Notes under the pieces: generated by a model
Seen by the model: the letters and a program-made list of their open reading frames with translations, nothing else
Databases searched by the model: none
Told to the model about the DNA's origin: nothing
In this document: one piece after another, positions 19,265 through 32,800 of the stretch
How positions within the stretch are numbered: position 1 is the stretch's first letter
How the letters are laid out: each line of letters begins with the position of its first letter
IMG/VR virus record: IMGVR_UViG_3300044953_000493
Span: 1-59,970 of that record
DNA length: 59,970 bases
DNA from: a virus
Lineage: Duplodnaviria; Caudoviricetes
Reading direction: 5' to 3' (one strand)
Position numbers and translations under genes: made by a program

Positions 19265-20824
19265 TTACAACATTGCCCCCCTTAAAAATCTACAAGTAAT
19301 TATACCACTAATTCCAGTCTCTGGAGTAAGTTGCAACTTACAAACTCCTGCAGAAATTGTTGCTCCAACAGAAACAATAATTGCAGGTTCATACATTACA
19401 CCATATTCTTGAGCAAAAGCAAAAGTTTGGTTCTGCATAATAAGAACTTTTTGTGCTTGAATATGAGTTCCATATTCAACATGCAAAGTATACTCTGCTA
19501 CTTTAAAATCAGTTTGTGATATTGTAAAAGCATCAATATCTGTAGTAATTCCAGCAGAAGCAATAAACGTACCAATGCCAGTTTTTAAACCATATCTCTC
19601 AACTTGAAGTGGAGATTGTGGATTTGTAGTTCCGATTCCAACATTAGAAAGTGTATGAATACCTGCTGCCGTAGTTACAAATTGAGAAGATCCAGCACCA
19701 CCAGTTGCAGTAATCGTTACATTACCTGTGGATGGATTAAGTGAAATACCAGATCCGGCAGTAAGAGAAGTTACAATACCCGTTAGTGAAGAACCAGAAC
19801 CACTAAAACTTGATGCAGTCACCACACCAGTAACTCTTGCATTACCAGAAACTGTTAATGCACTTGTTGGATTTGTAGTTCCGATTCCAACATTAGAAAG
19901 TGTATGAATACCTGCTGCCGTAGTTACAAATTGAGAAGATCCAGCACCACCAGTTGCAGTAATCGTTACATTACCTGTGGATGGATTAAGTGAAATACCA
20001 GATCCGGCAGTAAGAGAAGTTACAATACCCGTTAGTGAAGAACCAGAACCACTAAAACTTGATGCAGTCACCACACCAGTAACTCTTGCATTACCAGAAA
20101 CTGTTAATGCACTTGTTGGATTTGTAGTTCCGATTCCAACATTAGAAAGTGTATGAATACCTGCTGCAGTTGTAACCCACTGCGATAGTGCAGTGATAAT
20201 ACCAACATTAAATGGTGCAGCATCAACCCAATATGCATCTCCACCAATACCTAATGAAACCTCATCGTAATAGACAAAGATTTTTCCATAGTCAATATGA
20301 TAAAATAAATTGCCATTTCCAGTCAATGCTGGAAAAGTACTTCCAATTCCAATCGTTCCACTTCTACCTTCAAAGAAGATAGTCGCAATACCAGAAGCAA
20401 AAGAAACACTTAAGTTTGTTCCAAAATCTATAGTTCCTGCAGTTCCAACCGCAGAACCATCATCTTTAATTATAATTCCATTATTACTACTAACAACATT
20501 AATGAGAGCAGAACCATCAATTGCTGGAAGTGAACCAGTAAGCTGCCCCGCATTTAACGTTCCATAAAAACTCGTAGCAGATACGACACCAGAAACCGTT
20601 AATGCACTTGTTGGATTTGTGGTTCCGATTCCAACGTTTCTTAATATATTAATACCAGCATTTGTGGTATTCCAAACAGGTGCGGATAAAGTTGTTGTGC
20701 TTCCTGCCCCAAGATAAGTATATACTTCAAGAAAGTTGTCATTAATAATACCACCAGCGGCTCGAAGAGTATCACCTGTCCCATCATTAGCCTTTGCTCC
20801 TGTGTTTATTGCTACTCTTGCCAT
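19265..20824 (-). CDS. baseplate-attached fibre-like protein with T4 gp9/gp10-type N-terminus
   Basis: INTGAKANDGTGDTLRAAGGIINDNFLEVY; four NVGIGTTNP motifs. Confidence 0.8.
   Translation of the reverse strand: MARVAINTGAKANDGTGDTLRAAGGIINDNFLEVYTYLGAGSTTTLSAPVWNTTNAGINILRNVGIGTTNPTSALTVSGVVSATSFYGTLNAGQLTGSLPAIDGSALINVVSSNNGIIIKDDGSAVGTAGTIDFGTNLSVSFASGIATIFFEGRSGTIGIGSTFPALTGNGNLFYHIDYGKIFVYYDEVSLGIGGDAYWVDAAPFNVGIITALSQWVTTAAGIHTLSNVGIGTTNPTSALTVSGNARVTGVVTASSFSGSGSSLTGIVTSLTAGSGISLNPSTGNVTITATGGAGSSQFVTTAAGIHTLSNVGIGTTNPTSALTVSGNARVTGVVTASSFSGSGSSLTGIVTSLTAGSGISLNPSTGNVTITATGGAGSSQFVTTAAGIHTLSNVGIGTTNPQSPLQVERYGLKTGIGTFIASAGITTDIDAFTISQTDFKVAEYTLHVEYGTHIQAQKVLIMQNQTFAFAQEYGVMYEPAIIVSVGATISAGVCKLQLTPETGISGIITCRFLRGAML
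19620..20167. repeat. 249-bp (83-codon) tandem repeat, about 2.2 copies
   Basis: Unit starts at 19621, 19870 and 20119; copies appear identical. Confidence 0.92.
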
Positions 20825-20849
20825 TATGGGTGTTTTAGTTTAGAAGTAT

Positions 20850-23800
20850 TTAGATTACATAATTTTTAAATTTAAAAGGATTTGTTCTTTGAACAATTGC
20901 TGAAGTTGTAATTCCTCCAACTCCTCTATCACCATAAAAATTAAATTCATTCTCTTCATTTCTTGCGGTTAATTCAATTTTACCCCAACTAAAGTTTCCA
21001 AAGTAATTTGATGCTATGATGTCTCCAGAATAACCACCGCCAGAATCAGTTCTAAGAGAGTCGAAAGTAAAAATAGTTGAATCAAATCGAATATTTGTAT
21101 TGTCAAATGTAAAAGTAGAAATTCCACTAATTCTTGCAAAAACTCTTCTTATTGTAGTGGTTGCAGAACCAACTGTTGCGATTCCAATCATAGTATTTGC
21201 AACACTTACATTACTTACACTTTCTACTTGATAAACATTATCTACAAAATTAGTTCCAATTCCTATAATATTATTACTATTGTCTCTTGATTTTATTGAT
21301 GTCTTTGCAAAACCAACATTTGAACTGTGAATTAAGAAGTAATCACCAGTTCCAATTCCACTAACTGTAATTGCAGTTCCAACTACAGAAGTATCTCTTA
21401 AGTATGAAGCAGTTGGAATAAAAAAATCAAATATCACTTGATCAATTGAAGAAACTGTAGTGGTTCCAAATCCAACAATTACACCAGAATCACCACTATA
21501 AGTATTAACAGAGTCTGATTCTAAAATTAAAGTTGGAGATTCAATTAATACCTGTGGAACAGAAGTAGATATATATCCACTTCCTTCAAATGTAACTGCA
21601 ATATCTGTTATTGTTCCATTAGTCATAGTTGCGGATGCAAGAGCAGTATTTTGTGCTGCTGTCGTTCCGAATCCAATTGGTTGAGAAATTGATACTGTTG
21701 GTGTAATTGTATATCCAACTCCACCATCACTAATTACAATAGAAGTAACAGTTCCTCCAGAAGAAACTATAGAAGTTGCAGTTGCTCCTACTCTATTGTC
21801 TTGAGAAATTAATGTAATATTTTTTTGGAAAGTTAAAGATGCATCATTTTCATTAATCGGATTGAAAAATGGACGAATATTATCCACATAAATGATTGTA
21901 GATCCAATACCAACCGATTTGATTAGATATGCTGTTGGATATATTAACGGTTCATATAAAATTCTATTTTTTCCAATTATTTGTGCATTAATAATTTTGT
22001 CTTCAGTTTGTCTACACCAGACAACAGGCCTTAATAAATTAGAATTACTAGTATTCCCTGGTCCAAAATATGGTAAAGTATCAACTGTGTCTGTGGATGT
22101 AATTCTAGTAACAGTTCTTTCATCTTCTTGAAAAAATGCAGATTGTTTGAGATAGGCATCATATCCAATAGTTAATTCATCTCCTTCTTTCACTGTTTCT
22201 AAAATGTTTCTGCTAATAACATCAATAGAACCACTTCCTTTATAAAAAAGTATTTTTGATGTATCTCCAGATTTTGGTGCTTCTGTAAATGTGATAACAC
22301 TTCCACCATTAAAAATATATCCATCTCCAGGAATTTGTAAAATGTCATTAATAAAGATTAATAAAACATCTTGAACGTTTATTGGTGAACCTAATGAAGG
22401 ACGAATTGAAATAAGACTTCCAGAGTCCAAAATCGGAAATTGTGTTCGTGAACCATCAAATAATGCATCATAATTATCAAGAACTTTTAATTCTCCAATT
22501 GACCATCCAGAAAACTTATCGCTGTTTGTTTTTTCTATTGAAAGTTGAAATTCTCTAAAAGAAGCAGATCCTGTAGTAGGAATTCCTGCTGTTCCACCAA
22601 TTGCAACAGTTAAAATTTGCTCCTGCTCATAACCATAACCAAGATTTACAAGTTCAAAATCAATTACACTTGATCCTTGTCCTACTATAATATTTGCAAC
22701 AGCATTAACACCACTTCCAGAGACTGAAGAATTGCTATAAATTAATGGTATTTCTGAATATGAAAGTGGTGGATCGATAATTACCTCTGGTGGATTAGTA
22801 GAAGTATAACCTGTTCCCGGATTTGTAATTGCAATACTTACAATATTTCCAGTATTTACTGAAGCTATGCCAATATATTGTATGCTTGGAGTTCCTGTTG
22901 ATGAAGTTGTGACACCTACTCGAACATTTGTTTGTATTCCAGATCTATATCCAGAACCACTATTTCCGATACTGATTGCAGAAATAGTTCCAGCAATAGA
23001 AATAGTAACAGTTGCCCCAGCAGAAACAAGTGGTTGATATCCAAAACCTCCTGTGGATCCAACAGATACGATAATTCCACCTCTGGGTAATTTTGAAGTG
23101 TTTACATCATAAATTGCTGATACACCAGTTCCTGTAAAACTAATACTTGTGATTCCTGAATTTTCTAATAATGTATAATTTGAATTTGATCCAGGGCCTT
23201 GAAAAATATCATTAATTAGAATGACTGAATTTTCATTACCAATTCCTGTAACATTAGATTTATTGGAAGTAAGAGTAAAAGATTTTTTATCACCATTAAA
23301 GTTTTGAGAGATGTCATCAAAAATATAATTTTTAGAATATGCCTCATCACTCGAATTTGGAGTTCCAGATCTTAAGAACACTCTTCCTTGAAAAGATGAA
23401 GATACTGATATTTCAGTCCAATCTCTTTCATCTGAATCATTTGTAGGTAAACTTACTGGAATATTTCCATATGGAGCTTCAGAGAAATTAAGAGTGTTAT
23501 TTACAATATTATAATTTCCAATCACTTTAGTAACCAAAGATCCTGCTAAATGTCCAACAACTGTTGTTCCTAAACGTGGTCTTTTTAGAAGAAATGCATT
23601 TGTAGATCCAATTCCTACACGATCAATTCTCATAATTTCATCATTAATTTTGATTAAATCTCCACCAAAAAAGGAGGTGATTCCGGTAAAATATGCAATG
23701 TCTTCTGATATTAATAAATGTTTAGACAATAAGGAAGTGACTGATGTTGATACGATAGGAGATTGAATTAAATTATCAAGAGCAATAATAACTTTTTCAT

Positions 23801-26800
23801 TTTGATTGATCGCATTAAATGTGTGAAAAGAACCAATACCAACAGAAGTAAAATTTAAAACTTCCGGAGTTGATTTTAATGCATTTTTAGCACTAGATGC
23901 TAATTTAATTAAATTATTACTTACCTTTACAGCGTAAACTGTTGCTGGTAATTTATCAGTAATTCCAATTCCAACAAAACTAGTCGATGCAATTCCAATT
24001 GCTTGAGTTGATCCCGCACCAGTATTTGAATAAATAAATTCTTCTCCGGTTACCATAAAGTGATTTGGTATCTTTATCGTATTGTTTAATATGTCAACGA
24101 TTAAAGGATCACTTCCATTAAAATTTCTTCTAAATATATCATCAGTTTTGTGCTGTAAGTTAAAGTCTCTTTTTATAAGAGTTTCCGTTCCCTCATATAT
24201 ATTGCTATTGGTGACTATTGAAGAGTTTGTTAGATCAATTTTCGTAATATCACTCGCTTCATCTGCAATTTGTAATGCATTCATAAAAGATTTGACTTGA
24301 ACTTCAATATTTGGATTTGGAGTAAAAGTAATTTTTGTATGTGTGTCTGTTCTAGATACACCAACTGTTCCAAGTCCAGATGCAGTTTCTATGTTTGCAA
24401 ATTCAGTAATAAAGGTGTCCGTAGAATTATGAAAAACCAAAACTTCAGATAATTGATGATGGTTATTAACTGAATCTGATACTTGAACTAAAAAATGAGC
24501 ACAATCATAGTCAAAATTGTCACTATTAATATTAGTATAATGGCCGATTGGAGTTGCAATTGGTGATGTAGATGATGCAATTGATGTTGTTCTTGCCTCC
24601 AATAAAGAGTATTTCATATCGAAAGTTCCTACACCAGTATATGATGTGTTCGCAATAGATATTTTTAATGTATTGCAAGTAACTGCTAATCCAGTATTTG
24701 GAATAAAATCTACAATTAAATTTGAACCTGAAAAATATGAATGATATGTTCCTAAACCAGAACTTGAATATGGAGACATAGAATTACTTGTCAATTGTCC
24801 ATATTCTAAAAATTGAATATTTGATCCATCATGAATAATATTTAACTCATCAAATTCATATTGTCCATTACTTCCAGTAACTTCGACTAAAACTTTTGAT
24901 GAGGTGTATGTATTAGCAACGCTTACAATAGTGCAAGTAGATCCGAGAGAAGCTGAAGAAACGCTTGTTCCTACAACATCTACAATTCCACCATAATTAG
25001 CACTACTGATACCAGATAAAATACCTTTTACATTATATGAAATAATAGAAATGTTATAGTTGTTAACAATATATTTTATTGGATAAAATTGTAATATTCC
25101 ATCTTTTCCCTGAATGGTAAAATCGAAAGAACCCAAATCATTAACACTATAAACTTTTGCATATTGGTTTAAAAATCCTGTTGTGTCGTCATGTAAAAGT
25201 GTAACAAATTCACATTGTCTTTCATCAGTATATCTTCGATCTTTTACATAAATTAAATATTTTTGAACTCTTGCATCTGATAATTTAAATGTATGAATGT
25301 CTCCATAACGAGTTGCTCTTGGATTACTGTTAAATTGTGAACTTATGTCATCAATAGAAAGAACTCTATTTCCTACAGATTCTTCGTAGTCTGTGAGAAT
25401 TCGACTTGAAAATATAATTTCATCAGAAAATGATGAATTTCCAATCTGTAAATAATTTTCTTTTACTAAATCAAAATCATGAACGCAATTTAAATTTACT
25501 TCACTAACAATAATATTTGTAACTTCAACAGATGTTAAATTTGTAGGAATTCTTACCACTAGTGAATTTTTATTTGTCTCTGAAAGAGATGATTCTAATT
25601 GATAATCAGCAAATTTCCTAAATCCTGAAGTATGATTTAAAGTACTTACAACATCATTCCAAGTATCATAGTCGATTTTTGATTTTATTGAATAAGAAAA
25701 ATTTTGATAGTAAAAACTATCTTGTATTTTTTGTAAATTGTCATTTAAGAATCCTGAATTAAATTTCCACCCGCGTTTAACTTTAGATGTTGATCCAGTT
25801 TTAAAAAAAGAATCTCTTCTTTCGACAGAAGTTATATTTCCTTGAGTTTTTGAAGTAAAACCTTCTATACTAAAATTAGTATAAAAATTATCCTTTGAAC
25901 TTACTATAAGTAAATTATTTTTTTGATCCCAATTTTCAACCGTTCCTGTGGAAGAATTTGAATTTATTGTTTCACCAGTTAAAAAATTGTTTTTAGATAA
26001 AATCGGATTGAATATTGGAAAATGTTTCTGAGGAATAATTCTTCCTGATGAATTAGTTGAGTCATAGTCTCCAGGAATTTCAGATGAACCGAGAAATTCA
26101 GAAAGACTATAACTTACTGATCCAATTCCACCTAAGTTTGGAGTCACAGAAGTGAGTGTGAATAAATTATAATTATAATCTTTAGAATTATATCCTCTTC
26201 CGATCGATCCGATTCCAATACTTATGTTTTCAATTAAAACTTTATCATTAACCTGAAATGGAAATGAGTTTGCCGTGCTGAATCCAACTGATAAAGTTAC
26301 AGTTACAATCTTAGTAAAATTGTTAAATGTAATAGAACTAATACCAACACCATTTGTATTTTCTGTTGGAAGAATGATTGGTAGAGAATTATTAATTCCA
26401 AATGTATTTTTTAAAATCGTAACTTGAGTATCTCCTAAAGAATATCTTAAATCAACTTCTGGAATAACATTTTTTGTTTTATTGTCAATGACAATTAATT
26501 TTGGTGCGGATCTATATCCCTTTCCTGCCGAAGAAATTCCAATTGATAAAAATGATGATAAAGGATCTACTTTTATAATTTGTGGAAAATACACAGTAGG
26601 CCTAACTGTATTGTCTGAAGAAAAATCAAACCCAATATCAGATATTTTTGTTTTTTTAATTTTTCCAATGCTAGAGCTAAAAACTTCTACAATCGCATTT
26701 GTTCCAAATGCACTGGTAATTGTTGCAACTCCCGGTAATGAATAATAATTTTTTCCTTTATTTCGTATTTTAAATTCTGCAATCGGTCCAAATGCTGAAG

Positions 26801-29800
26801 ATGATGATGTTTCATATGTTATAGATGAAGTTAAGGATGTATATGAAACAGATTCTGGAGATTGTATTAAATTATAAGTAAAAGAACTTGGTGTTGTAAC
26901 AGAAATATTGTATTCTCCATTATATTCACTATTTTCAATTTGAAGTTCATTATAGTCTTTGACTAAAGTATCAATGACAACTTCTCTTTTTATTTGCGGA
27001 GTATTATTATCATATATTGGAATAAGATTGTAATATAATTTTTCTGGAGTATTTTCATTTACATTCAATACTATTTTTGCAGTTGTAGTTACACCAATTA
27101 TTCCTGTTTTTTGAACTTCAAAAATATTAGAAGTTTTTGAAGTATTAAATTCTTCAATAAAATTGCAATCTTTATAGAATTTAAATTGAAATGCTGGATA
27201 TAACGTAGATTGATTTACATATGATAATGAAGAATCTGAGAGATTAAATGTTATACTAGAATTTTTATATAACTTAATTGCCGGATTAACTGGAGATAAA
27301 GTGCCATTTGACGCACTAGTGATTTCAACAATTTCTGGAATCAAACTTGTTGCACTGTAGTAAGTGTTTGAAAGTTTAAAAGTATCACTATCTACAATCA
27401 CTACATAATAAATTTGATTATTTTGAAGTCCTCCAGATGGAGAACTTGAAATGTGAATAATTTTTTGTCCGTTAAGAAATCCGTGATTAACGATACTAAT
27501 AGTGTTTGTAGATGTATTTACTCCTGCAGAGATAAAATCTTTAGAATTAATAACCACTCTTCTATTATGATCATTATATTTCACAGAAAATGTTGTACTA
27601 ATAGACGGATTTATTGAAATAAAAACAGAATCTTCTGTTGTTAAACCGTGAGTTTGTGAGGTAGAAACTGTGACTAAATTTCTAGAAATTTTTCCAGTAA
27701 TTGAATCATAATTTGTTTTAAAACTATGATGTGTTCCCGTTCCAATTCCTGTAAAAAAAAGAGTGCTTAATCCATTTGTTGTAGAAGCAATTCCAACAAA
27801 AACTCCTGTAGATCCTAATCCAACCTTTACTGTCGAAATACCGATTAAGTCTTGCGATATTTTTGCAACAAAAACTTGAGATTGATTTGTAAGAGTAACA
27901 GACGTAGAAATACCATTTGTAGAAACGCCGATTGGAGATCCGATATTTGGAGAGTATGTCAGTATGTCTCCAGTTTCTAATTTATGATTCGGAAGATAAA
28001 TTGTCTTTGTTGGAATGAAAATCTGAGTTATTCCTGCTCCAGGATTTGATAATGTAAGAGTAGTTCCAATTCCAACTCCGGCAGTGGTTCCAAGCCCAAC
28101 AGAATCTAAAGGATTAAAGTATATTTGACGATTTAATTTATAATCATATGAAGTGGTGATTCCAGTAATAATTTTTAATTTTTTTGGGTTTTCATATAAA
28201 ATTTCCGTTGCAGTATGTGAAACACCAACTGTATTGTCAATTTGTCTTAAAACTCTAATTCTTGAATTGAAAGAATCGATATTTAATATTTTTATTCTTT
28301 CTGTTGATATTGTAAAAATATCGTTTTCACGGATATTTGTTGGACTTAAATTTCCTGTAACATAAAAATAAGTAACGATTCCAGTTGCACCAACAGTACC
28401 AACTCCCATGTTAAGTGAAAGAGTAGATGTTGTAACATTGATATTATATGAACTTAATTGTAAAGATGTTGATGTTGTGTTTAATCCAGAAATACTAATT
28501 ACATCATTATTATTTAAATTATGAGGATTTTCTGTATATATTGTAAAAGAATTTTTTTCTTCACCAGATAAAAACTCTGCATTACTAATTGTACTCGTTG
28601 CAGTGCTAACTAGAGTTACAGATTTTCCTTTTATTCTAGAAACTTTTGCATCAGCACCACTCCCATTTGTATCACTATTATCGAATACGATAGAATCATT
28701 TATTTTATAACCATCTCCACCACTATCAATTCCAACACTTTCAATTGATCCTGGCATTGCAAATTCAACATCAACCGTTTGATTTAAGTTATTTGGAGTT
28801 GATAAGTATGGATATGATGCAGTTTTATTAATAATGTTGTAAGGAGTTGTAAACCTCAACCAAGATGTTTCGTTTATATTAAAATCATCTTGATTTGATG
28901 CAACCTTGAAATTAAATTCATTTGGAATTGATTTAAAGTTATTTCCAATTAGATATGGAAATACTGGTCTTCTATAATTTTTAAAAGGACCTGAATTATC
29001 AACAGAAATATTATTAATAGTTGCAAAATATGCATACGTTCCATTAGGATATTCTGGAGTAACGCAGAATCTTCCATTATTTTCATCAAGAACTGTTTCA
29101 TCACTTTTTTTAGAGCATACATAATCTTCTACAAAAAAACCAAGTGGGAAATTTGGTCTTTGTTGTGAGGAATTTAATTCGTATCCAGATTTCATAGGAG
29201 AAACTATTCCTCCTTGTCTGGTTATGTACCCATAAGGACCATAAATTGGGTTTCCATCATAAGCCCAACCAATAATAGGAGAATGTTTTGAGTTTAATTG
29301 TTCTTCATTATTAACCTTTATGAGATCTGGACTCCCATATAAAATTTCTCCGTTTTGGTTTACAGAATAAATTATTTCTCTTAGTTTTCTTGGGGCATAT
29401 AAATGAGAATATTCTAATTGATAATTTTTGTTTATTCCATTAGATAAAATTCCATCATCATTAGAGATATTATTAAAATATTTTTCAAATAAGTTTACTC
29501 TCCAGGTTTGTATTTTGGAATCAAATTTACAGGAGGATCCTGGAGATGTAATAGAGATAAAGGTTGATTTTTGAGAATATCCAATTCCACTATTAATAAT
29601 TTTAACTGAAGTTATAGATCCATTTTGAACTATTGGAGTTATGGATGCACCAGATCCACTTCCAGTAATAAAAATATTTGGAGTAGAATAGTTTATACCA
29701 GATTTATTAATAATTACATCAACAATTTTTCCATTTTGAATAATTGGAGTTAATTGTGCATTTGATCCACTATCTAATATTATATTTGGTTGACGATTAT

Positions 29801-32800
29801 AGTTTAATATTTCTGAAGATCCATATCCAATTCCATTGTCTGATAAATGTACGGAAGTAATTTGACCTCTAAATATTGGTTTAATTATTGATTTAAAAGT
29901 TTCAGATCCTACTGAAGAAATTCCAACATCTCCAACAATTTCAACATTAATTTCCGGATAATTAAAAATATGTGTTCCAGATCCAGTGGAATTGAAAATA
30001 ACAAATTGCTTTGTTCGATAATATAAATCTTGATTTGTAGATCCTATACCTACTTGAGATAATCTAAATTTATTGTTATCAACTGTTGTGACATAATAAG
30101 AAGTGTTTGTTGTGAGACCACTAATTAAAGTTCCATCAACATTGTAAGTTACAATTTCTCCTGACTTATAATCATGATTTTCAATTTCAACGATACTTAA
30201 AGCAGTGTTAATTCCTGATGATAATACGGTTCTTTTTTTATTTTCATATCCACTTCCAGTATCGATAATGTTGATTGAACCAACTACTGATTTTTTGTTA
30301 TATGATTGAAAAGTATGATTTCCAACTCCGTATGACGATAAAACAACAGTATTAATTCCAGAAACCGCATCGTCTAATGTTTTGTGTAGTTTAATTACAT
30401 GTGGAGAAATTGTAGATACGTAGTATGAAGAATCTGTCGAAAGACCTCCAACTCCAGTTTGTCCATATGTTCTATAGAGGACTCTTTCAGAATTTTGAAA
30501 TTTATGATAGGTTCCAAATCCAATTGTTGAGACTGTACTTCCAATTCCTACAAAAGCAGATTTACTCTCAGAGTTAAATGATGTTTCGTGATCAATCAGT
30601 TTCATATTGACACTGGCACTTGCACCAAAACCATTTCCACCAGTTATGTTTATAATTGGAGTGCTTTGATAGTCAAATCCAGAATCAATAATTCTAATCT
30701 CAGATAAAAATCCTTTTACTGCACAATATCCAGTAGCTCCATATCCAACAGCATCGGATATGATCAAGGTTGGAGGAGTAATTATATCGTATCCAAATCC
30801 TGGTGAGATTACATCGATATTTTTAAGTTTTCCATAATAAACTAAATCAGATGACTTATAATTTAATATTTCAACACCATTAATTAATATTCCAGTGAAT
30901 CCAGGGTTAGTTGGATATATATTTCCATCGTTGATTGGAGGACATACTTCTCTTAATAATTTTTGAGGAAGAAGTGTTTTCGATTTAAAATCATAAAGTT
31001 CTATTTTATTGTCAGATACCGTTGTTGAATCACTTACATATTCAAAATTTGAATAATATATACTATCTTTACTCTTTGCAAATTGAATATTGTTTTGATC
31101 GATTCTTTTAACATAATAAATTCCCTCATCAAAAAGAGAATTTGTAGGAGTAGGAGGAGTATAATAAACAATATCTCCAGTGTAAAATCCGTGATCTCTT
31201 GTAGAAGTTATATTAAATATGTTAGTTGATCCGATTCCAGATGAAGGAAAAGTTCCAGAAAATATTATAGACTTATTGTATAAATTTAAAGGTTGATTAT
31301 AATATGATGGTAAAGATGGAGAAGCAACTAATAATTTTTCATTTAATTTATATAAGTTTTGAACATTTGAATTTATATTTGATAAGTTTTGAAAAGTATC
31401 TGATTTTGTTTTTAATAAATTTCTTCTTATAATATATTGATCTTTTGAAAGAATTCCCTGACCAGAAATTGAAAACGATGTAGAAGAAATTATATTTGTA
31501 ATTGTTGATACTTTTTCACTTCCACTGAAATTTAAAATCTTAATTGAATCTCCGATTTTAAAAATATGTGGAGTCTTAACAACAATATTGTAAGTATAAT
31601 CAAATGTATTTTGTAAAATTATTGAATCAATTTCAATTTCGTAGGATGATGCAATATTTAAAAACCAGTTATTAAAGAGATAATCATCAACATCAACTCC
31701 AAGAGTTTTTATTTGTGCGGTATCTCCGACATGATAATATCGAGTGTTGTCTTCGATTGAACATGATTTAATAACAGAATTAATTCTTACTTTAATTAAT
31801 TCGTTCGATACTTTTGCATATGCATAAGTATTAATTCCAACTTCAGATTTATCTTTAATAGTTTTTAGTATTTCAGAACAATCAAAAAATTGTGTGAATG
31901 ATTTGTTTGAATATGATATCACTCCCACAGTATTATCATCGTAAATTACTGAAAGATTTCCACTTTGTGGAAATCCGATTGTAGAATCTACTGATAATGT
32001 TGTAGTTCCTGTAGAAACAGACTCAATTAATCTTGTTTTTGAATGAACCGAAAAATTACCATATATTGCACCTCTTACTCTAATATCGCGGCTGTAATTA
32101 GAATCTAAACTTAATTTATAGTAAGTTTTTCCTATTCCAGAATTTATAATCTCTACATTTGTAATTGGTGCATATGCTTTTGAAATATCATGATATTCGT
32201 CTTGAAATAATGTTGCTTTTATCAAATTTAAGGGATTCCCTTCAATACTTTCTACAACTAAATCGTCTGTAATTTGATAATTTGCATCTGATGATCGAAA
32301 CAAATAATCTTTAGGACGAATAATAACTGCTCTTTCTCCATACAGTGCATTAAATAAAATTTTAAATGACTCGTCAGTTCCTTTACTTAAATAAAAATCT
32401 TTTGCTTGTTTAATAAAGAGAGATTGATTGATATTTGAATTCAAAGTTCGGTTTTCAAGTCCTGGTAGTAATTGATATTTGATTTTAAGTAAAAATTCTT
32501 TTAAAAATAAAGAACTTAAGTTTTTAATTACTGATCCTGAGGCATGTTCTGCTACCTCACTTTCTGCAAAAACTAATTGATCTGGATGATTTTGTTTCGT
32601 AAGTGATGTAACTCCAGAAAATCCTCTAATACATCCAGTAAAAGAATTTGGTGTTTTTTTTGTATATGCGATAATTTCGTCATCAATTTGCAAAATTCCG
32701 TAAGAATCTGGAAATCCCTCTGTTGCCGTATTACTTAAATCTACAATAATTTCCGTATCAAAAAAAGAAATACTTGATTTAAGAATCGTTGAGTCTGCTT

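Noticed and set aside
16028-20180. Diversity-generating retroelement template/variable repeat pair
   Set aside because: No reverse transcriptase in the window; all copies are in-frame coding and differences are few and not evidently adenine-specific.
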